A stretch of DNA of 44,466 nt from a virus (taxonomy: Duplodnaviria > Caudoviricetes). A program made the translations under genes and the position numbers. The stretch covers positions 1-44,466 of the IMG/VR virus record IMGVR_UViG_3300018073_000008; one strand, written 5' to 3'. Numbering within the stretch: the first letter of the stretch is position 1; every line of letters begins with the position of its first letter. The notes below the pieces were generated by a model, which did no database searches, was not told the DNA's origin, and saw only the letters and a list, made by a program, of their open reading frames with translations. Below are positions 25,840 through 36,338 of this stretch, in pieces.

Positions 25840-28800
25840 TACCTCACCGGAGTAAACTGGTCAGTAGAATCTTTCCATCCGGTAATGTCACCATCACCAG
25901 TGATGACAAATTCCGTATTATCCCATAATACTACAGGGTTTGCTCCACCCAAAGCAAAAGTAGATCCGTTCCAGACCACAATAACAGAATTGGAGATTGC
26001 CGAATGCGTAGTGGAGATACCATTAGCTCCGGCGCTAAGATTCCTGTACCTTCTGGGCGTCTGTGTGCTTACTGTCGCCTTACCCGCAACAGTAGACAGC
26101 GGTACTATAGTTATCCTGCGAGTTGGTTTCAGGGCTGTAGCGTCTGCCACACCCTTCGCCCATATCTGCCCAAGGAAATCTATAGCTATGATGGTCTTGA
26201 TCCTGGTAATGCCAGTAGTTACGGTACCCGCCACACCCACTGATGTATTGGGGCTCGTCACAGTGCGTCCTACCCGAACTATGGCCGCACTTGTGCTGGT
26301 ACCCCCACTATTACCAGACAGTAGTCTCCTACGCAGTATGGAGGTGCTCGCAGACGAACTACCTGCGGATACTGCGGTTATCTTACGCCTTCGACTAACA
26401 CTAGCACTGGCTACAGTAAAGCTGTAGACATTCCCACGCATAAACGTGGAGCTGGTGGTAGGAGATCCTGAGGTTGCTGTACTGCCAACGACAGGGTTCG
26501 CATTAAGGACACGCCTGGCATTGATGTTCGCCGTAGTCGTGGTTGTACCCACGACTGGAGAAGGTACAAGCGCAACCCTGGTCTTCAATACCTGTGCACT
26601 CGTAGTGCTATTACCCGTAGATGTTCCTACGAGTCTGTGCTGTACAGATACTATGCCATTGGATACTGTACTTGCAGCACTGGAGGCAAGTAGCTGTCTC
26701 TTACGGCTCGCGATAGCTGTAGCACTGACAGAGCCACCATTGGATACTGCTAGTAGTGGGCGTCGTCTGGTTATAGACGTACCCGTAGCAGTAGATGTAC
26801 CTGTAGCAGTAACTATCAGGTTGCGCTCGTGCTTGAAGATAACAGCTACAGTAGTGACACCTGCTGAAGTAGCAGTAAGTCTGCGCCATGCTGTAACAGA
26901 GACAGCTACAGTTGTCTTACCTGCACTATTAGCAAGCAGATCTCGGTAGACTGGTGCTCCAACTTTGGCTAGACTTCCAATAGCCTGGGTGCTTCCAGCA
27001 CTGGAGGTAGTTGGAATTACTATTCTCTTGGCATTAGCAGTTGCGAGTGTAGCTGTAGAGCCTGCACTTGTTGCTACTACAGATCGGCGTCTAGTTACCG
27101 TAGCACTGGCTGTAGAGCTACCTGCACTGCTGATGTACAGCGAACCACTCTTCTGCAGATTACCAGACGCAACCGTGCTGCCTACCGATGTTGCTGTAAG
27201 AAGGCGCTTGGCTCTAACCTGTGCCCCTGCGGATGCTATACCAACTGTCAGACCATTGTAGGTCTTGCGATTAGCAATAGTAGCTGAGGCAGTTGTACTA
27301 CCAGACGAAGCAACAGTCAGGAGTACTGCGCGCTTGATAGACCCTGTAGCAGATGCGGTGCTATTACTGGATGCAGTTAGGGATCTTCTAGCTACGATGG
27401 TGGATACAGTAGTGCTAGTGCTCGTCGCAGCAACAGTCAGACTTCTACGGCGAGATAAGGTTGCTGTCGAGCTAGCGACGCCAGCACTGACTGCAGTCAG
27501 AGATCTTTGACGTGTAGCTGTTGCTGTAGCAGTGCTAGCCCCAGATGCACTACCCGTTAGCTCACGGGTGATCGCGGATACACCAACCTGCCGACCAAGA
27601 GCAGTCTGGTACGCCTGGACCACGGTGTAGAGATCGGTTGCATTCTGGGCCGTCAGCCCCTCGCCAATAGAGGCGAAACCGAATGGGATGTCCGAGTACT
27701 CGCGGGCGTAGCCGTTCAATCCCCCGATGAGCACCGGGACATTCGGTAGCGCGTAGACCGCCGACGTGCTCGACCCGATCAGGACCCCGTTGCGGTAGCC
27801 CGCCTGATAACTTCCACTGGTCCGCGTGGCGATATACAGTCCGCTGCCATCCCCACCCGACCCACTCGCGGTATCGGTCGCAGCCATCGAGAAGTAGAAC
27901 TCGCCGCTCGTGTAGTGCGAGATGATGTGGAACCGGCCCGTAGCGCCGTCCCAGTTGTAGTGACCCATGTCGCAGCGAGCTGCGTTACCCATAGTCGACA
28001 ACGAGTAGAGCGACAGGTGGGTAGAATTGATATCGAGCGGCCCAGACGGAACAAAGTGTGTGTCGCCGCAGAAGAGCGTGGAGTCCGGGGCGGCGTTCGG
28101 CTTGTAGCCCAGGGCTGTCGAGTGTGTACCACCATTGAACGTCAGCCGGTAGGCCGCGTCGAGGTCACGCGGGTCTTTGAGGTTCCACTTGTGAAGAGCT
28201 GCCGTGCCGCCAACAAACGGGTAGATGGCAGCCATCTTGGTCCACAGGCCAGCTGTCTTGAGACCTATGACCAGGCCATCGAGTGTCTCACCATATGTAG
28301 CCGCATCCAGCCCACTAGCGGCAAGATAGGCGGCAGTGTCTGGGTCATATGGTGATGCGGGTATGCTACTGATCGTTGCGACTGCTGTCGCGATACCAGC
28401 AACACTGACAGATAAGCTACGCCGACGAGTAGCTGTCGCGACTGTTGACGCAATACCTGTTGACGTAGCAACAATGGGCTTGCGTCTGGTTGGCTGTCCT
28501 GTTTCAGCAGCTACACCAGCCGAAGATACTGTTGGCAGGATTCTCTTACGAGCAATACTAGCCGTAGTTGCAGCTACGCCAGGTATCGTAGTTGGGACTA
28601 CTGGACGCTTCCTGGACGATGTTGCTGAAGCAGTTGCAACACCCGCACTGCTGGCATTCAGACTACGAAGACGGGATGCGGTTGCTGTCGAACCAGCTAC
28701 ACCGGCACTGGCGGCAACCAGAGGTCTTTTACGTGTAACCGTCGCCGCAACGCTGCTAGCCCCGGATGCGCTACCTGTTAGATTGCGAGTGGTCCCAGTG

Positions 28801-30893
28801 GATACACCACTCGCCTTAAAGGTCGCCATCGTGATGAAATGACCCTGCGGGCTGGTCAGGGTATGGACCGGCGTCGCAGCGGCTGCGGCAGTCTGGATCA
28901 GGTAGCTCGAGCAGGAGCCCAGGATGCTGCCGCCAGTGCCTGCGAAGCCCAGCGCCGCCGACCAGCCACTAGGCCCCCAGGTGCCGATCGTGGAGCTATT
29001 GTCGAACTGGTCAATGGCGATCAGCAGCTCGCCATCCTCGGTGGGGGTCAGCGTTGGGCCGCTCATGACATCGGTGTAGTCAATGGCTTGGCCGGTCTGG
29101 TCGAGCGGTGTCGCCACTGACCCGCTGAAGGCGTAGAACTGCGCCGAGGCGTAGATGTCAGTGCCGGTCAGGGTCAGGATGTGATTGGTGCCCACCGTCG
29201 GCACCGCCAAGTACGAGATGGCCGAGTTCCGATCCCCGCCATCGTTTTCCCTGGCCAGGACGTAGGTATTGCCCTTGTTGTCAGACAGCGTCGGTTTGTT
29301 TTGCGCCTGGCACCAGCAGACGACCAGCAGGTTCGCCCCGGTCGTATCAATTGCCGCCGTGCTAAAGGTGTCGTGACCCTGCCCCGAGATCGACGCCACC
29401 AGAGCGTAGCCCGGAGGAGGTGTTCCGGTAGTACCCTTGCTGATCGTGCCCGCAGCCGTGCTCGTACCAGATGCTGTACCTGTAAGATCCTTGTAGGTAG
29501 TCCCACCAGATGTGCCCTTGGTGATCGTACCAGAAGCCGTGCTCGTACCAACTGAAGTTCCTGTAAGACTACGTTTCGTCGTCAGTCCGCCACCACTAGG
29601 GACTGATTTGAAGAACGCGATCGTCGACCAGTTGGCGGGTGATCCAGGTAAGGTCCAGGTCGGATTTGCCGCCACTGCTGCTGTCTGGACCTGATATGAC
29701 AGGTTTGACATCTGGCGACCGCCACCGTCCGCAACCGCTAGTGGCGTTGAGAAGCCGGCGCTGATTGTCACCGGAGTTGAGCTGCTGTCCTGGCCTCCCT
29801 CGGTCGTAACGACCAGCGCATTGGCAACGTCAGGAGTAATTGAGCCAGGTATCGACGTCGCCGACCCAGGGTTTGAGATGTGTGAGCTAGGCGAGCCAAG
29901 CGGACTGGCCGCTGCGTTACTATAGGCAGCGACGCAGAGAGCTGTGAAATTAGACGTGCCCGCAATGGTGAACGTATGCCCCGAACCGCCTGTCCCTGTG
30001 GCATAGTAGATAGCATTACCACGAGGGTTGCCGAACCCCGAGCCGTCGATATACTCGGCCTGAGAGTAAGTGAAGCCCTTAGAATCTGTCAGAGTCCAGG
30101 GGCCGTTGATCCCGCCAACGCCGATAACGAATAGGTTTGCACCTGTAGTGTCTAGCGCACTGGTCGTGAATCCATGGGACGTGCCAGGACATTCGGCGAG
30201 AGAAGCGATTAGAGCAATCGGTCCACCGCCCCCACTAGCCGAAGCTATAGCCTTACCCGCTGAAGTACCAATAAGGAACTTGGGCCGAAGCAGTAACCCG
30301 ACACCTGACTTGCGATTGTTAGTAGCACTCAGGGTCGGAGCAAATGCGGGACACGTCACACCCGAACCAATCGGGTTAGTGTTGTTGTGCCCGAGCGAAA
30401 CTGAGATGGTAGTGCTATTGGCCTGGGTCTTATCGACCGTCATGCCGCTAACAGCGTTCAGAGTAGCGGCTGAAGTCCAAGCATAGAGAAGGACCTCATA
30501 GTCACCAGCCGTAGCCGACACTGGTGCGCCAGTGACCATCGCAGTGTTGTTACCCGTACTGGTCGCACCCACAGGTGCGACGTCAAGTGAGACTGTTCTG
30601 CCAGCCTCGAAGTACGAGTTACACGCCCAAGCCCCGAGGGCTGAGACGTTCGTAAAGCTGAGTGTTAGTCCCGCGCTATATTGTGCGGTATAGACTGAAC
30701 ACGATTGCAACGTGCCCGCACTGCCTGTGTACTGTCTCGTCCAGCCAGTTGGAGCTGTTGGTCCTGTCGTAGCAGCCGTACCAATGACGACAACAAGATA
30801 GTCTCCTGTTGTCGTACTGGTCGGCAGCGTTATAGAAAACGACGCGCCCGAAGCAGCGGTGCCGCTAGTTGCAGTACGCGCCGAGATAGCCAT
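25839..30893 (-). CDS. 1684-aa Ala/Ser/Thr-rich repetitive virion protein (fibre/adhesin-like)
   Basis: About 30 ~21-aa repeats RRRxLxAxSxGxxTxxAT interleaved with globular modules, including two DTTGANL domains. Confidence 0.7.
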   Translation of the reverse strand: MAISARTATSGTAASGASFSITLPTSTTTGDYLVVVIGTAATTGPTAPTGWTRQYTGSAGTLQSCSVYTAQYSAGLTLSFTNVSALGAWACNSYFEAGRTVSLDVAPVGATSTGNNTAMVTGAPVSATAGDYEVLLYAWTSAATLNAVSGMTVDKTQANSTTISVSLGHNNTNPIGSGVTCPAFAPTLSATNNRKSGVGLLLRPKFLIGTSAGKAIASASGGGGPIALIASLAECPGTSHGFTTSALDTTGANLFVIGVGGINGPWTLTDSKGFTYSQAEYIDGSGFGNPRGNAIYYATGTGGSGHTFTIAGTSNFTALCVAAYSNAAASPLGSPSSHISNPGSATSIPGSITPDVANALVVTTEGGQDSSSTPVTISAGFSTPLAVADGGGRQMSNLSYQVQTAAVAANPTWTLPGSPANWSTIAFFKSVPSGGGLTTKRSLTGTSVGTSTASGTITKGTSGGTTYKDLTGTASGTSTAAGTISKGTTGTPPPGYALVASISGQGHDTFSTAAIDTTGANLLVVCWCQAQNKPTLSDNKGNTYVLARENDGGDRNSAISYLAVPTVGTNHILTLTGTDIYASAQFYAFSGSVATPLDQTGQAIDYTDVMSGPTLTPTEDGELLIAIDQFDNSSTIGTWGPSGWSAALGFAGTGGSILGSCSSYLIQTAAAAATPVHTLTSPQGHFITMATFKASGVSTGTTRNLTGSASGASSVAATVTRKRPLVAASAGVAGSTATASRLRSLNASSAGVATASATSSRKRPVVPTTIPGVAATTASIARKRILPTVSSAGVAAETGQPTRRKPIVATSTGIASTVATATRRRSLSVSVAGIATAVATISSIPASPYDPDTAAYLAASGLDAATYGETLDGLVIGLKTAGLWTKMAAIYPFVGGTAALHKWNLKDPRDLDAAYRLTFNGGTHSTALGYKPNAAPDSTLFCGDTHFVPSGPLDINSTHLSLYSLSTMGNAARCDMGHYNWDGATGRFHIISHYTSGEFYFSMAATDTASGSGGDGSGLYIATRTSGSYQAGYRNGVLIGSSTSAVYALPNVPVLIGGLNGYAREYSDIPFGFASIGEGLTAQNATDLYTVVQAYQTALGRQVGVSAITRELTGSASGASTATATATRQRSLTAVSAGVASSTATLSRRRSLTVAATSTSTTVSTIVARRSLTASSNSTASATGSIKRAVLLTVASSGSTTASATIANRKTYNGLTVGIASAGAQVRAKRLLTATSVGSTVASGNLQKSGSLYISSAGSSTASATVTRRRSVVATSAGSTATLATANAKRIVIPTTSSAGSTQAIGSLAKVGAPVYRDLLANSAGKTTVAVSVTAWRRLTATSAGVTTVAVIFKHERNLIVTATGTSTATGTSITRRRPLLAVSNGGSVSATAIASRKRQLLASSAASTVSNGIVSVQHRLVGTSTGNSTTSAQVLKTRVALVPSPVVGTTTTTANINARRVLNANPVVGSTATSGSPTTSSTFMRGNVYSFTVASASVSRRRKITAVSAGSSSASTSILRRRLLSGNSGGTSTSAAIVRVGRTVTSPNTSVGVAGTVTTGITRIKTIIAIDFLGQIWAKGVADATALKPTRRITIVPLSTVAGKATVSTQTPRRYRNLSAGANGISTTHSAISNSVIVVWNGSTFALGGANPVVLWDNTEFVITGDGDITGWKDSTDQFTPVR
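29430..29570. repeat. imperfect ~81-bp direct repeat within the 1684-aa gene
   Basis: CCCTTG.TGATCGT.CC.G.AGCCGTGCTCGTACCA...G..G..CCTGTAAGA occurs twice (LTGTxxGTSTAxGTIxKGT). Confidence 0.6.
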
Positions 30894-30920
30894 TTCGGAT
30901 TACCTGAGGAACTAGTAGTT

Positions 30921-31322
30921 TCAGTCCTCAGTAACGGTGATAGCCGAAGGGGCAAAACGCGGGATATCACCGACGCTCATCACCGTACTAGTACAGTCTC
31001 CCCAATACAATTGGTTACCCGAGCTAGCAGCGTCCATGATAGCCCAACCGACGACCGTATATGGGGTGCTGGTAACAGCCGGGAAAGCAACCTCGGCATT
31101 GTTGCTCATGCTGGAAGAAGTACGTGTCCAACCTGCTGCGGCGACAGCCTGTCGGGCATAAGCCGAACCAGCCACTTCAGTACCACCCGCAGAGTCAGAC
31201 GGTACAACCGTGTAGAGTGCGACGTAAACAGTGGACAGAGCAGTCAGGGCAGGCGTTGCGCCACCCTTGAAGATGTGATCAAGAATGCGTGCTTCGAACG
31301 CATCGGTTTTGGAGCCAGCCAT
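30921..31322 (-). CDS. conserved phage tail-associated protein
   Basis: ILDHIF...VYVALYT..PSD..GTEV.GSAYARQAV...DAASSGN; RBS GGAG. Confidence 0.7.
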   Translation of the reverse strand: MAGSKTDAFEARILDHIFKGGATPALTALSTVYVALYTVVPSDSAGGTEVAGSAYARQAVAAAGWTRTSSSMSNNAEVAFPAVTSTPYTVVGWAIMDAASSGNQLYWGDCTSTVMSVGDIPRFAPSAITVTED

Positions 31323-31330
31323 TAGTTCTC

Positions 31331-32512
31331 CTATGCTGGTGGTGGTGGAGGACCACCTGGGTCTAGAGTTGCCATGATAGTCTGGATGTATTCGCGCAGT
31401 TCGATATCCACTGCGGCTCCCTGCGCGGTTGCTGCCTCAGGTGGTGGTACTCCTCCTGGATCTAGGATTGCCATCATGTTTTGAACGTAAACACGTAGCT
31501 CTGAGTCTGCCCCGGACATAGTGGCGGCACCATAGGAGATTATAACACGTTCGCTCCCATTGAAGGGGTCTGTAAAAGTAACCGTGTTGCCACCTCCAGT
31601 TAGAGCATAGTCCCCATTGACATATGACTGAATAACGCCGCCTCTGGACACCATCAACAAGAGTGTCGCCTGGGTACTTAGGGTGACTACTGTAGCACCG
31701 TTAGCTGGGACAAACTCCTCATGTGCACCTGTAGTCGTAGCACCTGTTTCACCCATTGCCCCCTGCGGACCAGGAGAACCTTGAGGACCAGCCGGGCCAG
31801 TATCACCTTTAGGTCCAATTGGACCAGGCATACCTTCATAGCCGCGCTGTCCCTCTAGTCCTTGTGGACCAGTAGCACCAGGGTCACCCTTCAGGCCCGT
31901 TGGACCTGGATTACCCTGGGGTCCCGCAGGGCCAGTGACCCCGGGAGGGCCAGGAACAGTAGATCCAGGACCGACTGGACCTGCTGGACCGGGCGGGCCT
32001 GCTGGACCCTGCGGGCCTACAATGACGTCTTCGGCGATCTCTGAGTTATTTACAAAGACGTTATCGCCATTGACATTCGTGGTGCCACCGACAAGATTAA
32101 TAGTGACAGCATGAGTTACGGGGTCCATTATAACTTCTAGCCCCGCAAAGTCACCGCCATCTCTATCTTTGTTTATACCGTATCTGGCTCGGTATATCTG
32201 CTCGTTGGTGGTACGAGTCTTGAACATGATTACCCACTTTCTCTTGGAAAGTGGGGCCATGACCACCGTATCACCCTTGGTGAGCATTAGATCTTCGGGC
32301 ACCAGCAGGTCGCCCTTGTGCTCAGCAAAGATCATCGGCCCACCCAGAGAACTTTCGCCATCCATGGCTACAGTGATCTCTGGCAAACTACTGAGAACAA
32401 TGCCTGTTCTCAGGACCAAACCCGTACCCGCTAGGGCATTGAGCTTGTCCTCGTTGTCTGCGATATTACGCAGAACATCGAGTAGTTTCTGGGGTCCATC
32501 AATAGTGGTCAT
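31331..32512 (-). CDS. baseplate spike-like (XkdR position) protein with collagen-like region
   Basis: [12 protein letters not shown]...[11 protein letters not shown]-fold-like N-terminus directly after hub; Gly-X-Y run ~31743-32018; duplicated C-terminal helix. Confidence 0.65.
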   Translation of the reverse strand: MTTIDGPQKLLDVLRNIADNEDKLNALAGTGLVLRTGIVLSSLPEITVAMDGESSLGGPMIFAEHKGDLLVPEDLMLTKGDTVVMAPLSKRKWVIMFKTRTTNEQIYRARYGINKDRDGGDFAGLEVIMDPVTHAVTINLVGGTTNVNGDNVFVNNSEIAEDVIVGPQGPAGPPGPAGPVGPGSTVPGPPGVTGPAGPQGNPGPTGLKGDPGATGPQGLEGQRGYEGMPGPIGPKGDTGPAGPQGSPGPQGAMGETGATTTGAHEEFVPANGATVVTLSTQATLLLMVSRGGVIQSYVNGDYALTGGGNTVTFTDPFNGSERVIISYGAATMSGADSELRVYVQNMMAILDPGGVPPPEAATAQGAAVDIELREYIQTIMATLDPGGPPPPPA

Positions 32513-34731
32513 GAGCCAATTGGGATCCTATTGATTACAGTTTGTTTCCAAGACGGCCACTGTGGTCCTGGGCATTCAGTATTGGACCCACCGGCTTCCT
32601 TATGGCCCTCAATGGTAAGCTTCTTGCCCAATTGCCTCTGAGCAAACCCGATAGCCTGCGCCATACCTGTTATCTGGGCATCGTTAGGAGCTACGTCGCC
32701 AGCATAACAGATACCGATGTAGTGTGTGTTCCGGCCTGGACCATTGCTGTGCCAAGGAGCTCTAGCGAGATCCCAAGCCATGACGACCTTACCATCTTGC
32801 TCTACGAAGAAGGTGTAAGCCAAGCCTGGGAATGGAACGTTAGCCCCTGTCTGGCCCCTGGCTGCCTCAGAAGTCTGGTACTGTGCTACCTGATAGGCTG
32901 ATTGGCTAGCAGGGCCAGCCGTGTAGTGCAGGGTTATTCCAGAGATCCCGCTAAGCTCTCTAGCAGCGTAATCACCCTCGTGGTTGGTGGGTAGCTTGCC
33001 GCGCATATCTGTAGGCGTCCAGTTCGTGTTGGCCGTGTTCCCACCACTGGCAACCAGAGCACGAACTTCAGCCATCTTGGCGTCAAATGCAGATTGTGGT
33101 GTTCCTGCTCCAGCACCGTTCCAGTTAGGATATACGTGCCATTGTCTGAAACCTGCTTCGCCGCCACCAGCCCCAGACCACACCCCGAAAGCTGCCTTGG
33201 CGCTCATTCGGGGATTGACTAAGACGTCAGGACCACCATATCTCGGCCAGTGCACCGCATTGATCTGCCACAGGCTCACGTCATTGGTAGTATTGACTGC
33301 ACCCATGTCACAGTTGCCGCATTCGTACAGACTGATGGTTACCATCTTGATGGCATCATCACCAGGCTTGAAACCTGCGGCTACAGCCAGCGCATAACGG
33401 TCTGGAATGGAGATTGAACCAGACATCTTGGTCCATTCCCGTCCTGCTGGTCCTGCGGCTGGTGTGGTAGGCCCAAAGAACCCACCATCGTTATCGCCGC
33501 TCTTCTGTTTTTGGGGCCTGGCTGCGTATGCTTCTGGCAGTGCATCTTCGATATTCACCGTCAGAGACATTGACGTCTCCTGGTCACTTACCATATGGCT
33601 ACCAGACTTGACGAAGTATATCCCTACCAGACCAGTGATCTCATCCCTGATATGTACCTGGTCGCCAGCCCGCATGGTATTGACGTTGAAGGTTGTTATG
33701 GTGCCAGTGTTCTCAAACTTGCTCAGCTTGGCATACAGTTTCATACCCTGCTGCTCAGCATTAGCTTTATCGTTGCCAAGATCTAGAGCAGTTTCCCCAG
33801 GCATATGCAGATCTACAGACTCAACAAACATACCGTATTTGTTGATTTCTGCTACGTTGCCTGATTCGATAAGCTCCTGAGCTGGATACTGAAACTGTAA
33901 GGACGGTGCATCGCCCGTGCCGCCGCCACCAAAGAAGTCAGAGCTATTGCTAGATGAGCTGCCACCCTTGTAGACTCTAACAACGTTGGAGTAGTTCTCC
34001 ATACTAAAGCTGTTCTGGCTAGAGAAGATATTCCCAGGGTTATTGTTCCAAGAGTCTGGACCAGGCTGGAAGTAGCCACGGTGAAAGTTCCAGACCCCAG
34101 AAGGATTGACCCTGGAAACCAGCTCAATCTTGCCATCTTTCTCTTGCAAGATGAAGCGTGCATCTTGGTTAATATCTCGGGTATAGGACAGCGTCGATAC
34201 CCACATATCCCAGATAGTACGATTCATGAACGGCTCGCGCTCAAGAATCACACCTGTATCTTGTATGGTACCTAGCGGAATACCATAATAGGCAGCCGTC
34301 CTCTTGATGAACTGGCTAGCAGTTTCATTCTCCAGCATGACGGTGTCTTTGTTCCGCATGATGTACCACATGACGTTGTAGCCTGTGGCACGTAGCGTTC
34401 CACCGTCTTCACTACCAATGGTTGTCTGGGCAATGAAGATACGCTTTAGCAGCTCCCAATAGATCTCCAGGCTGCTGCCAACGGGCCGCACTGCATACCC
34501 GTACAGCTTGACCCTATCACCAGGCTTGATCTTGAAAGCAATGTTATCAATATGCACAAAGCTGAGCTGATAATGCTCAGCAGCCTGGTCAAGATCATAA
34601 TCCCACTGTATGCCTGAGCACAGCTGCGATAGATCCTGGCTGGTGCCCTTGTCAGCATCCACCACAACCACTTTATATTCGCCGATCTTCAGGTCGGCAA
34701 TGTTAGGAGTAGTAGAAGTTAGTAGAGGCAT
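32509..34731 (-). CDS. baseplate hub (XkdQ-like) fused to lysozyme-like and amidase_2 domains
   Basis: Hub N-terminus ([16 protein letters not shown]); ISLYEC...SLWQIN lytic transglycosylase-like; LHYTAG...WHS...GHKE...ECPG Zn amidase. Confidence 0.85.
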   Translation of the reverse strand: MPLLTSTTPNIADLKIGEYKVVVVDADKGTSQDLSQLCSGIQWDYDLDQAAEHYQLSFVHIDNIAFKIKPGDRVKLYGYAVRPVGSSLEIYWELLKRIFIAQTTIGSEDGGTLRATGYNVMWYIMRNKDTVMLENETASQFIKRTAAYYGIPLGTIQDTGVILEREPFMNRTIWDMWVSTLSYTRDINQDARFILQEKDGKIELVSRVNPSGVWNFHRGYFQPGPDSWNNNPGNIFSSQNSFSMENYSNVVRVYKGGSSSSNSSDFFGGGGTGDAPSLQFQYPAQELIESGNVAEINKYGMFVESVDLHMPGETALDLGNDKANAEQQGMKLYAKLSKFENTGTITTFNVNTMRAGDQVHIRDEITGLVGIYFVKSGSHMVSDQETSMSLTVNIEDALPEAYAARPQKQKSGDNDGGFFGPTTPAAGPAGREWTKMSGSISIPDRYALAVAAGFKPGDDAIKMVTISLYECGNCDMGAVNTTNDVSLWQINAVHWPRYGGPDVLVNPRMSAKAAFGVWSGAGGGEAGFRQWHVYPNWNGAGAGTPQSAFDAKMAEVRALVASGGNTANTNWTPTDMRGKLPTNHEGDYAARELSGISGITLHYTAGPASQSAYQVAQYQTSEAARGQTGANVPFPGLAYTFFVEQDGKVVMAWDLARAPWHSNGPGRNTHYIGICYAGDVAPNDAQITGMAQAIGFAQRQLGKKLTIEGHKEAGGSNTECPGPQWPSWKQTVINRIPIGS

Positions 34732-36338
34732 CAGCGGGGCAGCCCACCACCTTGTCGTGGGACCTCAATAGGCTTGTTCGTAGGCACCCCGCCTGAAACA
34801 ACCGTGCTTGGATCTGGGCGACCTGCACTCAACAGCGGCCACAGGTCAATTGGCTTGGTCAGCCAATCTGGAGGCCTGATAGCATTATTGATATCTTCCC
34901 ACGCCTTGGCAATTGCTTCCGTCATAGTACCCACACCCTCGACAATTGCCGCGCCAGTCTGCACTGCTCCAGATGGGGACAGTACCGTCGGATTACCTGC
35001 TGTCTGAGGCGTTTCCTTATAGTATCGTACACCGCTACCAACAGGAAGCTGAGAAGTGCGTGTATTATAGCCGTTGTCTGTCACCCATTGGTTCAGTGGC
35101 AGCATGTTTTCCAACGTGTTCGGACCTTCTTTGGCTAGCCGAAACACAACATCCTGGAACGTCTCGCTGAATGCAGGGAGTTTCTGATCCGCCTTGGCTG
35201 GCTGCCCCAAGACAGTAGTAGTCTCGATGGTAATAAGAGAATTGCGGTTAGCAACACCAGGATTGACAGTGTCGTTAGGTGGTACCTGCCCTGGAGCAGG
35301 TGGGTCTGGCTCTACAGTTACAAGCAGATCGGAGGGCGGTTCTTCCGCTGGCGTAACAACCCCATCAGCAGGGGAGCCAGTAGGAGCTTCGATGCCTCCA
35401 CCTGGACGCCTAGGGTCTTTAGGCCATCGGTCCTTGACAGAATCTGGCGCAGGTGAGGTAGTGACAATTGGAGCCCTGTATCGCTTCAATGCGATCGTAT
35501 AGTAGATGTCGTCTACTTCACCTGCCTTATGACGGTAAGTAAAGTTGGTGATAACTACACGATCATTCCAAATCCCACCACCTACCAGCAACATGCAATC
35601 CATCTTGAACCGCATGGTCCAGATGATACGTGCTGTTAGAGACTTAGGATCTTCAAGCTCCGCAGGGGCAACATTGACGTAATCCATGTCATAGTAGCGG
35701 GGGAAGAAACTATCCCAACTGATAGTTTCCATCGACTGCCCGCCAGGCATGATAATCTCGCCAAGCCCGACTACTCTAGGTGTCCAATACTCATGAGTAA
35801 AATCTGCACCAAACTCCTCAGGCATAACAGGAAACTTGATGTCTCCACCGTATGCCCCCAGGAGGGTGATATCCATGAGTCCGCGCTGCGCGTATTCTCC
35901 CATAGTGGGAGACCCATCATCTTCAAAGCACGGTGTCCACTCATGCTTCTCAATGATCTCAGTACCTGGAGAAGGCTTGCGCACCAGAGGGAAGATGTTG
36001 GTACCACTATTGGTACCACCCTGACCACCCACACCATTAACCAACCAGGGAGCATAGCCTGGAGGTGGCGGATCCTTGGTGCTTAGTCCCCACACATCTG
36101 CATCGGTACCAAGCCCACCAGTTTTCATGGTCCCTTCGGGCCACTTGGGACCAAATTTGGGACCTACTGCTTCATATGTACTGAACTCTACATCGCCCTG
36201 CCAGTAGGTGCTCTTCTTCATGGTGAGACCCAGCGAGCCTGGGTATTTCTCATCCAGCGCCTGCGGGTCGAAGTACTCTGACTCCTCTACCAGTACGGCA
36301 TCGAAGCCTTCACCAGTTTCAGGGTTCATAGGGCTCAT
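34731..36338 (-). CDS. tail tube initiator, XkdP-like
   Basis: FPVMPEE...GLGEI...ISWDSFFP...DIYYTIALKRYR; possible degenerate LysM; follows TMP. Confidence 0.75.
   Translation of the reverse strand: MSPMNPETGEGFDAVLVEESEYFDPQALDEKYPGSLGLTMKKSTYWQGDVEFSTYEAVGPKFGPKWPEGTMKTGGLGTDADVWGLSTKDPPPPGYAPWLVNGVGGQGGTNSGTNIFPLVRKPSPGTEIIEKHEWTPCFEDDGSPTMGEYAQRGLMDITLLGAYGGDIKFPVMPEEFGADFTHEYWTPRVVGLGEIIMPGGQSMETISWDSFFPRYYDMDYVNVAPAELEDPKSLTARIIWTMRFKMDCMLLVGGGIWNDRVVITNFTYRHKAGEVDDIYYTIALKRYRAPIVTTSPAPDSVKDRWPKDPRRPGGGIEAPTGSPADGVVTPAEEPPSDLLVTVEPDPPAPGQVPPNDTVNPGVANRNSLITIETTTVLGQPAKADQKLPAFSETFQDVVFRLAKEGPNTLENMLPLNQWVTDNGYNTRTSQLPVGSGVRYYKETPQTAGNPTVLSPSGAVQTGAAIVEGVGTMTEAIAKAWEDINNAIRPPDWLTKPIDLWPLLSAGRPDPSTVVSGGVPTNKPIEVPRQGGGLPR

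Noticed and set aside
21396-30893. Diversity-generating retroelement or invertible fibre cassette
   Set aside because: No reverse transcriptase or recombinase in the window and no near-identical template/variable repeat pair differing at adenines was seen.
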